A stretch of 32,351 nucleotides of DNA from an uncultured Candidatus Saccharibacteria bacterium (GTDB taxonomy: Bacteria; Patescibacteriota; JACPGU01): positions 1-32,351 of the forward strand of contig CAYHEQ010000002.1 in the NCBI GenBank assembly GCA_964355795.1, in the 5' to 3' direction. The position numbers and the translations under genes are program-made. Positions 16,092-25,438 of this stretch are shown one piece after another. Numbering within the stretch: position 1 is the stretch's first letter; the number at the start of each line of letters is the position of its first letter. The notes beneath the pieces were generated by a model. That model made no database searches. It was given only the letters and a program-made list of their open reading frames with translations, and was not told the origin of the DNA.

Positions 16092-17545
16092 AAATACTTT
16101 TTATCAACCCATGGATGAAAACCTTGTTTGGCGACGAGAGGTCCAAACCGGGTCATCCGCATCTGGGAATCGCTTATCTCATGGCGGCTCTCAAGGAAAG
16201 CGGTTTGGGCGAGTCGTATATTTTCGATCAAGGCGTTGAAGATAACGATGCCTTGCTCTACCGGAAAATAGACGAAATAAAGCCGGATATGGTGGGCGTC
16301 ACGACATTCAGCTATTGTTTCCCTTACGCCGATGATTTGATAAAAAAAATAAAAGAATATACCGACATCCCCATTATTATTGGTGGCCCGCATGTTTCAG
16401 CGGTAGTGGGGCAAGTTTTGAAAACAACCAGCGCCGATTTTGCCATGCAGGGCGAATCCGAAACCAGCTTCCTGGACTTTCTTAGAGAATTTTCCGGCAA
16501 CAAAGATTATAGCAAAATAAAAAATCTCATCTGGAGGAACAAGGATAACGCTATTGTTATTAACGAAAAAGAAGTTCTTATCTCCGATCTTGACGCTATT
16601 CCCTTCCCTTATTATGAAAATTTTGATTTTCACAGATACAATTACTTCGCGACCAAAACTTTGCCTATTATTACCTCGCGCGGATGTCCCTACGGTTGCA
16701 ATTATTGTTCCGTCAAGCTGTCTATGGGGAGAAAATTCCGAACGAGAAGCCCGGAAAATGTGATTGCCGAGATGAAGCACTGGATCAAAACTTATGGCAT
16801 AGAAAAGTTTGAAATAAACGACGACTGTTTTTCTTTGGACCTGGAAAGAGCGGAGAGAATTTGCGACTTGATGATTAGCGAAAATCTCAATATCAAATAC
16901 GAAATGTATAACGGTATCAGGGCGGACAGAGTCTCCGAACAGCTTTTGCAAAAAATGAAAGATTCGGGATGCGTTTTCGTTTCCTATGGTTGCGAATCGG
17001 GGAATCAAGATATAATCTACAATATGGGCAAGGCTTTGAAAATCGAAACAGTCAGAGAGGCGGTAGAGCTGACCAACAAGGTGGGCATCAGGAATTCTGT
17101 CAATTTCATCATTGGGCATCGAGGCGAAACATACCAAACGGCTATGGAGACGATAAAATTTGCCAAGTCTCTGCCAACCAATTTTGTCAATTTTTACAAT
17201 GTTATTCCTTATCCAGGGACAGAGCTTTACGACTGGGTGAGCGAAAACGCTTCGTATATGATGCCGGTGGAAGACTATCTGGGCAAGATCGGTAGCAGAG
17301 ATGTTACGCCCGTTTTTGAGACGAAAGAATTTTCTCGCGCAGATAGAATCAAGGTGCTGAAAAAAGGTTACGCTCTATACGAAAGAACAGTGCTGGAATT
17401 TCGTCTCGGGAAGGCCTTGGGCTATCTGGCCTATGTCATCGCGAGGAATAGGAGACTTTTCTCCATAGGCAGAAAATTGGCCTTGAGCAACAAATTTGGT
17501 TTTTGGATTTATAGCAGATTTTCTATTAGATCAAGAAAGGTATAA
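16088..17545 (+). CDS. Cobalamin-binding radical SAM protein
   Basis: N-terminal B12-binding domain (HLGIAYL…IIIGGPHVS), SRGCPYGCNYC, GCESGNQ and PYPGTELY. Confidence 0.92.
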   Translation: MKILFINPWMKTLFGDERSKPGHPHLGIAYLMAALKESGLGESYIFDQGVEDNDALLYRKIDEIKPDMVGVTTFSYCFPYADDLIKKIKEYTDIPIIIGGPHVSAVVGQVLKTTSADFAMQGESETSFLDFLREFSGNKDYSKIKNLIWRNKDNAIVINEKEVLISDLDAIPFPYYENFDFHRYNYFATKTLPIITSRGCPYGCNYCSVKLSMGRKFRTRSPENVIAEMKHWIKTYGIEKFEINDDCFSLDLERAERICDLMISENLNIKYEMYNGIRADRVSEQLLQKMKDSGCVFVSYGCESGNQDIIYNMGKALKIETVREAVELTNKVGIRNSVNFIIGHRGETYQTAMETIKFAKSLPTNFVNFYNVIPYPGTELYDWVSENASYMMPVEDYLGKIGSRDVTPVFETKEFSRADRIKVLKKGYALYERTVLEFRLGKALGYLAYVIARNRRLFSIGRKLALSNKFGFWIYSRFSIRSRKV

Positions 17546-17559
17546 AATAATGTTCACAT

Positions 17560-18258
17560 ATGCACCTAAGGTCATTAGAAGAAAGACTGGATACCTCCAA
17601 AAGGTTGAGTCAATTGGACAATTTTATTGATATGGTCAAAGAACTGGACTTTCCGGATAATTCTCTGGCTCTTTCCGTGTCGGTTGGCGATGGAATCTGG
17701 GACTATTTGATGTTAAAGAATAATCGGTCTATAAAAAAAATAATAGCTACCGACATCATAGACAACCCCGTAAAGCCATCCGATCAACTACTTTTGAAGG
17801 CCAAAGGGGAATGGGAATTTGTTAAAATCCAGTCAGAGTCCAGACTGCCATTTACAGACGAAACATTTGACGTGGTGTTTCATCAGGATGTTGTGGAGCA
17901 TGTCAAGAATACTTTTTTCTTTCTCAAAGAGCAGCATCGTGTTCTAAAGAAAGGTGGAATATTGCTTCTCGGAACCCCGAATTTGTTTAGGCCCGCCAAT
18001 ATTTTGAAGCTACTTTTTGGGAGATTACAATTTCCTGTAAAAATAGGGTCTAATGAGGAGGTTGGTGATTATATTCATGTCCAAGAGTTTTACGAGCAAC
18101 AGATAATACTTTTGTTGAGAGAGGTAGGCTTCATGAATATCTCTGTGCGCCACGGTTTTTGGGGGATTGGCTTTCTCCGCATTGTGTTTTCAAGACATCC
18201 GAGGGGTCGTTTAGGGAGATCGATGACGCAGTATCTAACACTTAGGGCGCAGAAATGA
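17560..18258 (+). CDS. Class I SAM methyltransferase-like protein with a degenerate motif I
   Basis: LPFTDETFDVV…VVEHV…RVLKKGG…TPN; motif I reads LSVSVGDG. Confidence 0.8.
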   Translation: MHLRSLEERLDTSKRLSQLDNFIDMVKELDFPDNSLALSVSVGDGIWDYLMLKNNRSIKKIIATDIIDNPVKPSDQLLLKAKGEWEFVKIQSESRLPFTDETFDVVFHQDVVEHVKNTFFFLKEQHRVLKKGGILLLGTPNLFRPANILKLLFGRLQFPVKIGSNEEVGDYIHVQEFYEQQIILLLREVGFMNISVRHGFWGIGFLRIVFSRHPRGRLGRSMTQYLTLRAQK

Positions 18259-18268
18259 GAATATTTTT

Positions 18269-19459
18269 ATGAGCACAATAGCCATTGTCAATCACAATGT
18301 CAAAGAGGTGGGCACTTATCATCGGTGTTTCGGGTTTGCTAAAGAGTTGGCCAAAAAAGGCCATCAGGTCTATTTTTTTTATCTCAATCCAAAAAGAGGC
18401 GCTTGGATTAGAAAGGTAAAAAATGGCAGTATTACGGCCATTGAATTGCCGTGGCGTAGCGAGGGTGGATTCCATGCTCTGGTAGAGCATTTTTTTCGCG
18501 GGATGTACATATTCTTTTTCATATCAAAAACTAGGAGGCTAGATATCGTCCATAGTTTTAACACTGCTTCTCCTATGGTGGGATTTTCTACTATCCTGTT
18601 TGCTCTAGTTAAGAAGATTAAGGGGACTAGGCTGGTAGTAGACTGGGACGATTGGTGGGGCAGGGGCGGGCTGACTACATTAAATAATCAGGGGAGATTA
18701 CAAGAGGCGGTGGCAGAGTTCCTGGAGACGAAGGTGCCACTTTTAGCAGATCATCTTACTCTGCACAACGAAGTCATCAGGGAAAGAGCAATAAAACACG
18801 GTGTTGGGAAAGACCAAATATCCAAGATATATAACGGTTGTAATTGGGATGCCTTCAAGAGCTTCTACGAGGTGGGGTATGATAGAGAGAAAGCGCGCAA
18901 CGAATTAGGTCTTCCTTTTGACAAAAAAATATTATTTTTCGGCGGAGCCGTGGTGGTTAGCGTTCCCTTTCTTTTGGAGGTCATAAAGCAGATAAACAGA
19001 AAGGATATCATCATGATTATTGTCGGTCCAGAGAAAAAAGAATTCAAAATTCTGGCAGAAAAAATGGGGCTAATAGACAAAGTTTTTTTTGAGGGTCTGG
19101 TTGATTATGACAAGTTCAAAAAATATCTTTTTGCTTCAGATGTGCTATTATTGCCAAGGAGCAATAGGCATCTTCTGGATCGTTGTACTTTTCCCGGGAG
19201 GATAGGGGACTACATGCTTTCTGGGAGGCCTATAGTTGCCAGTAGCGTAGGAGAACTACCCAGTTTTTTTGGAGAGAATGATATTGGATCCTTGGCGGAA
19301 TCGGATGACTATAATGATTTTGCTAAAAAAATACTTTTTCTTTTAGATAATGAAGATATAGCCGAGGAAATGAGCAAAAAAGCTTTTGAGGTGGGAAAAA
19401 ACAAGTACGGCTGGGATATCATGACAGAATCGCTTCTGAAAAATGTCTATCTATTTTAA
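18269..19459 (+). CDS. GT4 (GT-B fold) glycosyltransferase
   Basis: LAKKGHQV, IYNG, ASDVLLLP…DYMLSGRPIVASSVG. Confidence 0.9.
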   Translation: MSTIAIVNHNVKEVGTYHRCFGFAKELAKKGHQVYFFYLNPKRGAWIRKVKNGSITAIELPWRSEGGFHALVEHFFRGMYIFFFISKTRRLDIVHSFNTASPMVGFSTILFALVKKIKGTRLVVDWDDWWGRGGLTTLNNQGRLQEAVAEFLETKVPLLADHLTLHNEVIRERAIKHGVGKDQISKIYNGCNWDAFKSFYEVGYDREKARNELGLPFDKKILFFGGAVVVSVPFLLEVIKQINRKDIIMIIVGPEKKEFKILAEKMGLIDKVFFEGLVDYDKFKKYLFASDVLLLPRSNRHLLDRCTFPGRIGDYMLSGRPIVASSVGELPSFFGENDIGSLAESDDYNDFAKKILFLLDNEDIAEEMSKKAFEVGKNKYGWDIMTESLLKNVYLF

Positions 19460-19476
19460 AAAATAACGCAAAACAA

Positions 19477-20304
19477 ATGCCTATAAGTAAAGACGTTTTT
19501 TTCAAAAGAATAGAAGAGTTTCGAAAAAAAATACTCGAGATGAATGAGCGCAGGAGAGATGAACATCTTTCGAGCGTAGACTATATGTTGTCGTCGAGGA
19601 TATATATGGATACCGTTCTAGAGGACATCAATTTTTTTTCAGAGCATATCGATTCAGGTAGGAATATCCTAGATTTTGGCGCTGGGAGTGGGTTTCTGTC
19701 CGACATGCTATCACTGGAGTTTGAGAATGTTCACGGTCTGGATATAGAGGAAGCCGACAAAATGGACGGATATGCAGACGGTGGAAGGAAAGAGAGAACT
19801 TTCTATGAGGCTATAGAGGACAAAAAAGAGATATGGAAATGGGTGTCAGAGAGGAACCCCAATGCCAGTATTTCTTTTTATGATGGTGAAAAAATCCCAT
19901 TTGCGGATGATTATTTTAATGCGATCTGCGCCTATGCCGTGATAGAACACGTTCTAGAGGGGTCGGCGGAGGCTATCCTTCTAGAGTTACGCCGTGTGAC
20001 CAAAGATGGTGGCAAGATTTTTATCTCCAAGCTCCCACAGACATTTTCTATCACGGAATTCATGGCCGGTGTTCTGGGGATGGATAGGCACGACAAGAAA
20101 TTTTCAAAAAAAGAGATAACTAGTTTGTTGTCAGAAACTGGCTGGAAGATAGAGAAAATATTCTATTCCGATTTTGTTTTCGAGTTTCCGCCCAGTGTTA
20201 CCAACAGGCTTTATTATTTACTGAAGGTGATCAACTGGGTAGTTATCAGAACTCCTTTGAGATTACTAAGCCACAATCTGACTGTTCTGGCCACTAAAAA
20301 ATAA
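19477..20304 (+). CDS. Class I SAM-dependent methyltransferase
   Basis: ILDFGAGSG, IPFADDYF…VIEHV, RVTKDGG. Confidence 0.88.
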   Translation: MPISKDVFFKRIEEFRKKILEMNERRRDEHLSSVDYMLSSRIYMDTVLEDINFFSEHIDSGRNILDFGAGSGFLSDMLSLEFENVHGLDIEEADKMDGYADGGRKERTFYEAIEDKKEIWKWVSERNPNASISFYDGEKIPFADDYFNAICAYAVIEHVLEGSAEAILLELRRVTKDGGKIFISKLPQTFSITEFMAGVLGMDRHDKKFSKKEITSLLSETGWKIEKIFYSDFVFEFPPSVTNRLYYLLKVINWVVIRTPLRLLSHNLTVLATKK

Positions 20305-20310
20305 AGCTTC

Positions 20311-21294
20311 ATGGAAAATAATGCTGTTTCGAAAAACAAGACTGATCTAACTGATCTAGAGGATGTGGTTTGTGGTGTTTGCGGTTCTTCTGACCGGGCT
20401 CATCTTTTTGGTAACCTCGACAGGCTCCATGGTTTCCCCGGAGAATTCCAAATCAATAGTTGCCAAAATTGTGGCTTGGTCTTTCTCTCTCCTCGACCCA
20501 AAGATATTAACAAATTTTACGCAGAGGAATATGCGCCATACAATATCGATCTGAAAAATTTTCACCAGAGCCTAACTAGCAGACTGATGGAAGCTTATTA
20601 TAGCGAAAAAAAAGATTGGCCCCAAAGATTGCGGGCTGGGGCTTATCGCCTGCTTTACAATCCTTTGCCGGACAAATATCGGGGGGCAAAGATATTGGAT
20701 GTGGGTTGCGGTAATGGAGTTTTCCTTTATAATCTAAAAAGGTTTGGAGGTTTTGATCCTTACGGAGTAGACTCTTCTCAATATGCGATTTCTCAAGCGC
20801 AAACAAAATTGGGCCTGAAAAATGTTCAAGCGGGAACACTTGAGGAGTGTTTTTTTCCAGATAATTTTTTTGATATCATTACTTTGAATCATGTCGTAGA
20901 ACATCTGACTAGCCCGACAGATACCATCAGAGAAGTTAAAAGAATCTTAAAGCCTGGCGGCTCTTTGATGATGACGACGCCTAACGCCAGTAGTTTGCTT
21001 TTTGCTATTTTCCGAAAGTTTTGGTTTGCTTTGGAGACTCCCAGGCACCTCCAGATTTTTTCAGAGAAAACCTTGTCTATGATGATTGATTCAGTCGGGG
21101 GACTAAAGATTGAAAAAATCGATTATAATATATCTAATTATGTTTTTGCTAAGAGCTTGATTTATCGTTTTCATCTGGGAGATTCCTTCATGGCTCGTTT
21201 TCTAATGAAAATAAAATTCATCTTTTTGCCCTTATTTTACCTTTTGCCAAGGAAAAAACGAGATTTTGTGACAATTTATGCCAGGAAAAAATAA
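20311..21294 (+). CDS. Class I SAM methyltransferase with an N-terminal Zn-ribbon
   Basis: CGVC…CQNC, ILDVGCGNG, FDIITLNHVVEH and PRHL. Confidence 0.9.
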   Translation: MENNAVSKNKTDLTDLEDVVCGVCGSSDRAHLFGNLDRLHGFPGEFQINSCQNCGLVFLSPRPKDINKFYAEEYAPYNIDLKNFHQSLTSRLMEAYYSEKKDWPQRLRAGAYRLLYNPLPDKYRGAKILDVGCGNGVFLYNLKRFGGFDPYGVDSSQYAISQAQTKLGLKNVQAGTLEECFFPDNFFDIITLNHVVEHLTSPTDTIREVKRILKPGGSLMMTTPNASSLLFAIFRKFWFALETPRHLQIFSEKTLSMMIDSVGGLKIEKIDYNISNYVFAKSLIYRFHLGDSFMARFLMKIKFIFLPLFYLLPRKKRDFVTIYARKK

Positions 21295-21344
21295 CATGTA
21301 ATATATAATCGTATTGTTCACACTTTGGCAGATATCTCTGATAA

Positions 21345-21385
21345 GAGGTTCGACCTTGAGAATTGGCTGTTTAAGGTCGAACCTC
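21345..21385. repeat. Inverted doublet GAGGTTCGACCTT / AAGGTCGAACCTC
   Basis: Perfect 13-bp IR with a 15-nt spacer. Confidence 0.85.
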
Positions 21386-21498
21386 GGATCGGGAGCAAGG
21401 TCTTTTACAGACTAAACTATCATCCAGCCATTAAACAATTTCTAAAAGTGTAAACAACGCGACCAATTCTTACAAATAGTATTAACTTAATAGACAGC

Positions 21499-22530
21499 AT
21501 GAACAATACTCTCATCAGAATAAAACATAAATATTATCTTTACCTGGTATTTTGGGTCAAATACTTCTCTTTCAAAAAACTTTTCAATGTAGCGCTCAAC
21601 ATATACGAGAAGAAAACAAAAAAGACGACGATTCGTTCCGTCCCTTTTGTTATGCATTTTGACATCTCCAACGCTTGCGTGCTGAATTGTCCTCTCTGCC
21701 CCACCGGGAGAGGAGAACATCAAGCCAAGGGGGTGATGAAATTTGAGGATTTCAAAAAAATGTTTGACAAGGTCAAAGATTATTTGTTTGATGTGAAGCT
21801 TTTTAATTGGGGAGAGCCCTTCTTGTGCAAAGATGTTTTTCAGATAGTTGAATATTGTCACCAAAATCGCGTGGGGGTTAGATTTCACTCCAATCTCAAT
21901 TATTATACGGATGAAATCTTGGAGAATATCGTCAAATACAAGGTGGACTATCTCCATCTTTCTATTGACGGATATTCGCAAGAAGCTTACGAATTTTATC
22001 GAGTGAATGGCAATATCGCCAAAGTTTTCAAAGGAATGGAGAGGATTCAGGAATTGAAAAAGAAATATCGAAGTAGATATCCCATTATCCATTGGGGTTA
22101 TTTGATCAACAACAAGAACAAGCATGAAATAGGGCAGGCGGCCTCTTATGCGAAAAAGATAGGCGTGGAGGTCTTTGAAGCTTTCGATCTCTCCCTCTTC
22201 ACTTCTCTGAAGGATAGATACAGCAAAGAAAGCTACAACAAGTTTTTGTCTGAAGTTAATGACGAAAAACATTACAATATTATGCCGATGAAGGGCGCTT
22301 GCCCATACATCTGGATTGATTTTGTCGTCAATCCCAATGGCTCGTGTTATCCTTGCGGGATAGTCTATGAAGACGAAGACATTTTCGGCTGGGTTAATGA
22401 CGAAAAGAATATTCACGAAATTGTTAATTCTGAAATATTTGTGGAGTCTAGAAAATTATTCAAAAACAAAGATTACAAACCAAAATGCTACACCGCTTGC
22501 GATAAATGTATCTGGTTTACCAAATCTTAG
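21499..22530 (+). CDS. Radical SAM protein with a C-terminal SPASM/twitch domain
   Basis: CVLNCPLC, NWGEPFL, SIDG, and auxiliary Cys motif CPYIW…NPNGSCYPC…CYTACDKC. Confidence 0.9.
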   Translation: MNNTLIRIKHKYYLYLVFWVKYFSFKKLFNVALNIYEKKTKKTTIRSVPFVMHFDISNACVLNCPLCPTGRGEHQAKGVMKFEDFKKMFDKVKDYLFDVKLFNWGEPFLCKDVFQIVEYCHQNRVGVRFHSNLNYYTDEILENIVKYKVDYLHLSIDGYSQEAYEFYRVNGNIAKVFKGMERIQELKKKYRSRYPIIHWGYLINNKNKHEIGQAASYAKKIGVEVFEAFDLSLFTSLKDRYSKESYNKFLSEVNDEKHYNIMPMKGACPYIWIDFVVNPNGSCYPCGIVYEDEDIFGWVNDEKNIHEIVNSEIFVESRKLFKNKDYKPKCYTACDKCIWFTKS

Positions 22531-22589
22531 GGCCTGTTCAATATCTCCCTTCTGTCATTTTCGGCTCGACTCTTAATCCATTACCCCTA

Positions 22590-22634
22590 AGAGGTTTGAC
22601 CTTGGAGATGTCCAGAAGTTAAGGTCGAACCTCT
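22590..22634. repeat. Second copy of the AGGTTCGACCT / AGGTCGAACCT inverted doublet
   Basis: agaggtttgacctt (22590-22603) and aaggtcgaacctct (22621-22634); one mismatch (G-U compatible). Confidence 0.85.
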
Positions 22635-22672
22635 AATTACTTATAGCCCCCTCTACAGAAAGGACGACAATA

Positions 22673-25438
22673 ATGGATCGCATTTGTAGCCTCACGAAGA
22701 GATATTGGGTCGTAGTTATTATTTTTCTCGTCCCTATCCCGAGCCTTTTTTGGTTGCCAGGCGATAACTATATAGCTCGCGACAATATACACCCTGTGGC
22801 TTATGATTTTCCTTCTATGTTTATACAGGCTACGCGATATTTGTATTCATGGTCTTCTGGTGGGTTGGGAACCACGAATACTGAGCCATCAGGATTTATA
22901 TTCAATTTTATTACATCCTTGCTCTTTGGGGTCGGAGGCAATGCTCACAACGCTCAAGTACTAAGCCTATATCTTGGGTCTGTTGGGGCTATATTTGGCA
23001 TGTATCTTCTTGCCAGAACGTTGAAGTTTAGCCAGCTATCCTCTATCGTGGCTGGGGTTTTTTATTTAATAAGCCCATTCGTCTTTACCGGTATGCCACT
23101 GGGTCCGGCCAATCTTAGATTAATTCCATACCACATCATAACGCCCATCATGCTAGCTGTTTTTATTAAGGCGTTGAGGTCCGAGTTTTTTAGAAAATAT
23201 TTAGCTTTATTCGGTGTCGTTTCTCTTTTTGCGACCACTAGCTATGGTAGTCTGCAATATTTCATCTTGCACCTATTGATACTTTCTGTTTATGGCTTAT
23301 TCGCCATCTTTTTGGTAATAAAGAATAGAAAAAAGCTTTTCAGGGTAGTCTTCAGATTAATAGCGCTTTTTGCGGTCTTTTTTCTAATTAATTATTATTG
23401 GCTGAGTCCGTTGGTTTTTAATTTGCAAAATGTCTACGATTCACGGAACGAACCGGGGTTCTCCGCCAATCATGACAGCGACATGACAATTGGCACAAGC
23501 GCGCAAATCGTTGACGCTCTACAAATGATGCCATATATGGCTCAAAAATATATCTCCCCCTGGATGCAGTATTACGACGAGTTTTTGCCCACAGTTGCCC
23601 TTTTCATATTTTTGATGACAATACCCCTCATCTTTTTTGATAAAGAAAAGAGAAAACTGGCTTTGTTTCCAGGTCTTCTGTTGATTGTCTCCCTGTTCCT
23701 AACAAAAGGCGTCAACGAGCCCCTTGCTTTTGTCGGGAAGGCCATATTTTCTATTAGCCCTTACTTTACTCGTCTTTTTCGCAATGTGACATATTTTGAG
23801 CTAGTGGTCGTTTTGTCATTAGCTCTGTTGGTTGGTCTATCCGTGGGGGTTGTCGCGCGTAGGATAAGGCAAAGATGGCTATTGCAATCCAGTATAATAA
23901 TTATTATAGCCATGCTGATAATACTGGGGGGGCCATTTATTACGGGTATTGTCGTTAGGCAGGTCAATAATAACGGTTCATCACAATATAATCTGGTTCC
24001 TGACTATTTCAGGGAAGCAACGGACTTTTTGAAGAACAAAAGAGAGCATAGCCGTATCAATTCAGTACCGACATTCGCTTTTCAAGATGTCGTCAATTAT
24101 TATAAGTGGGATTTCATTTATGGAGGTAAATCGCCATTCGAGTCTTTTTCCGGAAAATCTGTCTATAGACCACTATACCCCCAGTTGATCGGTATGGTCG
24201 ATCCTGTGTTAGTCAAGATTCTGCATCCACGAGACGATAATATATCAAAAGAAGAATTCAACTTTCTTTCTGCAACTGCGAATGTTCGCTACGTTACTTT
24301 CCATAAGGATACAGCCTGGGACTTCATTCGCAAAATTGATCCGGTAAAATTTTCTAATCTTGACGTAGCAGATATAGAAAAATTTCTTTCTGATGATGAA
24401 GCGCTAGAAAAGATAAAAACATTTGGAAAGATTGACGTTTATAGATTTTCAAATGACAATTTTCTTCCCCAATTCTATACGGCAAAAAACATTTTCGTTT
24501 TTGACAAGAATGATCCAGATTTTATACCAAAAACATTGTCAGACATCAGTTACCAAGTTCGTTCGGCTATTTATTTAAAGGATCGGAACAGTGGCAACTC
24601 TCCGATTGATATTTTGCTGGAGCAACAAAAAGGTGAGGACAACAAGAAGGCGGACATCAAAGAAATAGAAAGTAAGATAAGCGGTTTAGAAAAAAAACTA
24701 GCTCTTTCTCGGCAAACATCAAGCATCAAGTATGAAATTGTCAAACTGAAATCGGATTTAGAAAAAGAAAAAAGTTCTCTCCGGGATCTTGTCGTGGCGC
24801 GAACTTTGAAGCTCCCGGTTTTGGAGTTCAAAAAAATTAATCCAACAAAATATAGGGTTATGGTTCATGGCGCCAGTGACATTTTTCCTTTAGTTTTTAG
24901 CGAGAGTTTTCAGGGAGGCTGGAAGGCATACCTGGCGGATTTGGAGGCCGAGGCCTACAGAGTTAACAAAAAGGCTATAAATAATTATAAGATTTGGGAT
25001 GAGAATAGCAGAGAGCAAGCAAACAGGAAAGAGCTAGGGGAATACATAAATAGTGGCTGGATCACTAGGTTGGGGGGTGACAATATCAAGTTTATTTCTA
25101 GAAATTTTGGTGGCACAATCCAGAATGATAATTTGCCGAACGGTAGTTTTCGTGAGACATGGTTCAAGAACCCCATTGTTGGCGAGGACAATCATATTTT
25201 GACAAATATTTATGCCAATAGCTGGGTGATCAATCCAACGCAGATATGCCAGGGGAGTAACCAGTGCATCAGAAACTCCGATGGTAGTTACGATCTGGAA
25301 TTGGTGGTAGAATATTGGCCACAGAGAGTATTCTATCTTGGAATGGTTGTTTCTGGGGTGACTCTCATGGGATGTTTAGTGGCCTATTTGATGACGCTAC
25401 GGGTAATTAGCAAAAAGAAAAAGAGAAAAAAGCTATGA
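22673..25438 (+). CDS. Large polytopic membrane protein, putative GT-C fold glycosyltransferase (AftD/YfhO-like architecture)
   Basis: About 12-13 N-terminal TMs with an Asp in the first loop (ARD), a large soluble domain, a final TM and a KKKKRKK tail; family assignment is from architecture only. Confidence 0.6.
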   Translation: MDRICSLTKRYWVVVIIFLVPIPSLFWLPGDNYIARDNIHPVAYDFPSMFIQATRYLYSWSSGGLGTTNTEPSGFIFNFITSLLFGVGGNAHNAQVLSLYLGSVGAIFGMYLLARTLKFSQLSSIVAGVFYLISPFVFTGMPLGPANLRLIPYHIITPIMLAVFIKALRSEFFRKYLALFGVVSLFATTSYGSLQYFILHLLILSVYGLFAIFLVIKNRKKLFRVVFRLIALFAVFFLINYYWLSPLVFNLQNVYDSRNEPGFSANHDSDMTIGTSAQIVDALQMMPYMAQKYISPWMQYYDEFLPTVALFIFLMTIPLIFFDKEKRKLALFPGLLLIVSLFLTKGVNEPLAFVGKAIFSISPYFTRLFRNVTYFELVVVLSLALLVGLSVGVVARRIRQRWLLQSSIIIIIAMLIILGGPFITGIVVRQVNNNGSSQYNLVPDYFREATDFLKNKREHSRINSVPTFAFQDVVNYYKWDFIYGGKSPFESFSGKSVYRPLYPQLIGMVDPVLVKILHPRDDNISKEEFNFLSATANVRYVTFHKDTAWDFIRKIDPVKFSNLDVADIEKFLSDDEALEKIKTFGKIDVYRFSNDNFLPQFYTAKNIFVFDKNDPDFIPKTLSDISYQVRSAIYLKDRNSGNSPIDILLEQQKGEDNKKADIKEIESKISGLEKKLALSRQTSSIKYEIVKLKSDLEKEKSSLRDLVVARTLKLPVLEFKKINPTKYRVMVHGASDIFPLVFSESFQGGWKAYLADLEAEAYRVNKKAINNYKIWDENSREQANRKELGEYINSGWITRLGGDNIKFISRNFGGTIQNDNLPNGSFRETWFKNPIVGEDNHILTNIYANSWVINPTQICQGSNQCIRNSDGSYDLELVVEYWPQRVFYLGMVVSGVTLMGCLVAYLMTLRVISKKKKRKKL

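Noticed and set aside
21295-21498. Possible RiPP precursor upstream of the SPASM enzyme
   Set aside because: No convincing small ORF with a start and RBS was found, and the enzyme has no evident RRE domain.
21487-22416. 309-aa antisense ORF (also 16397-17137 and 13602-14177)
   Set aside because: Each lies opposite a clear enzyme gene and has no recognisable domain.
21345-22634. Hairpins as integron attC sites
   Set aside because: No RYYYAAC/GTTRRRY ends or extrahelical-base pattern, and no integrase in the window.
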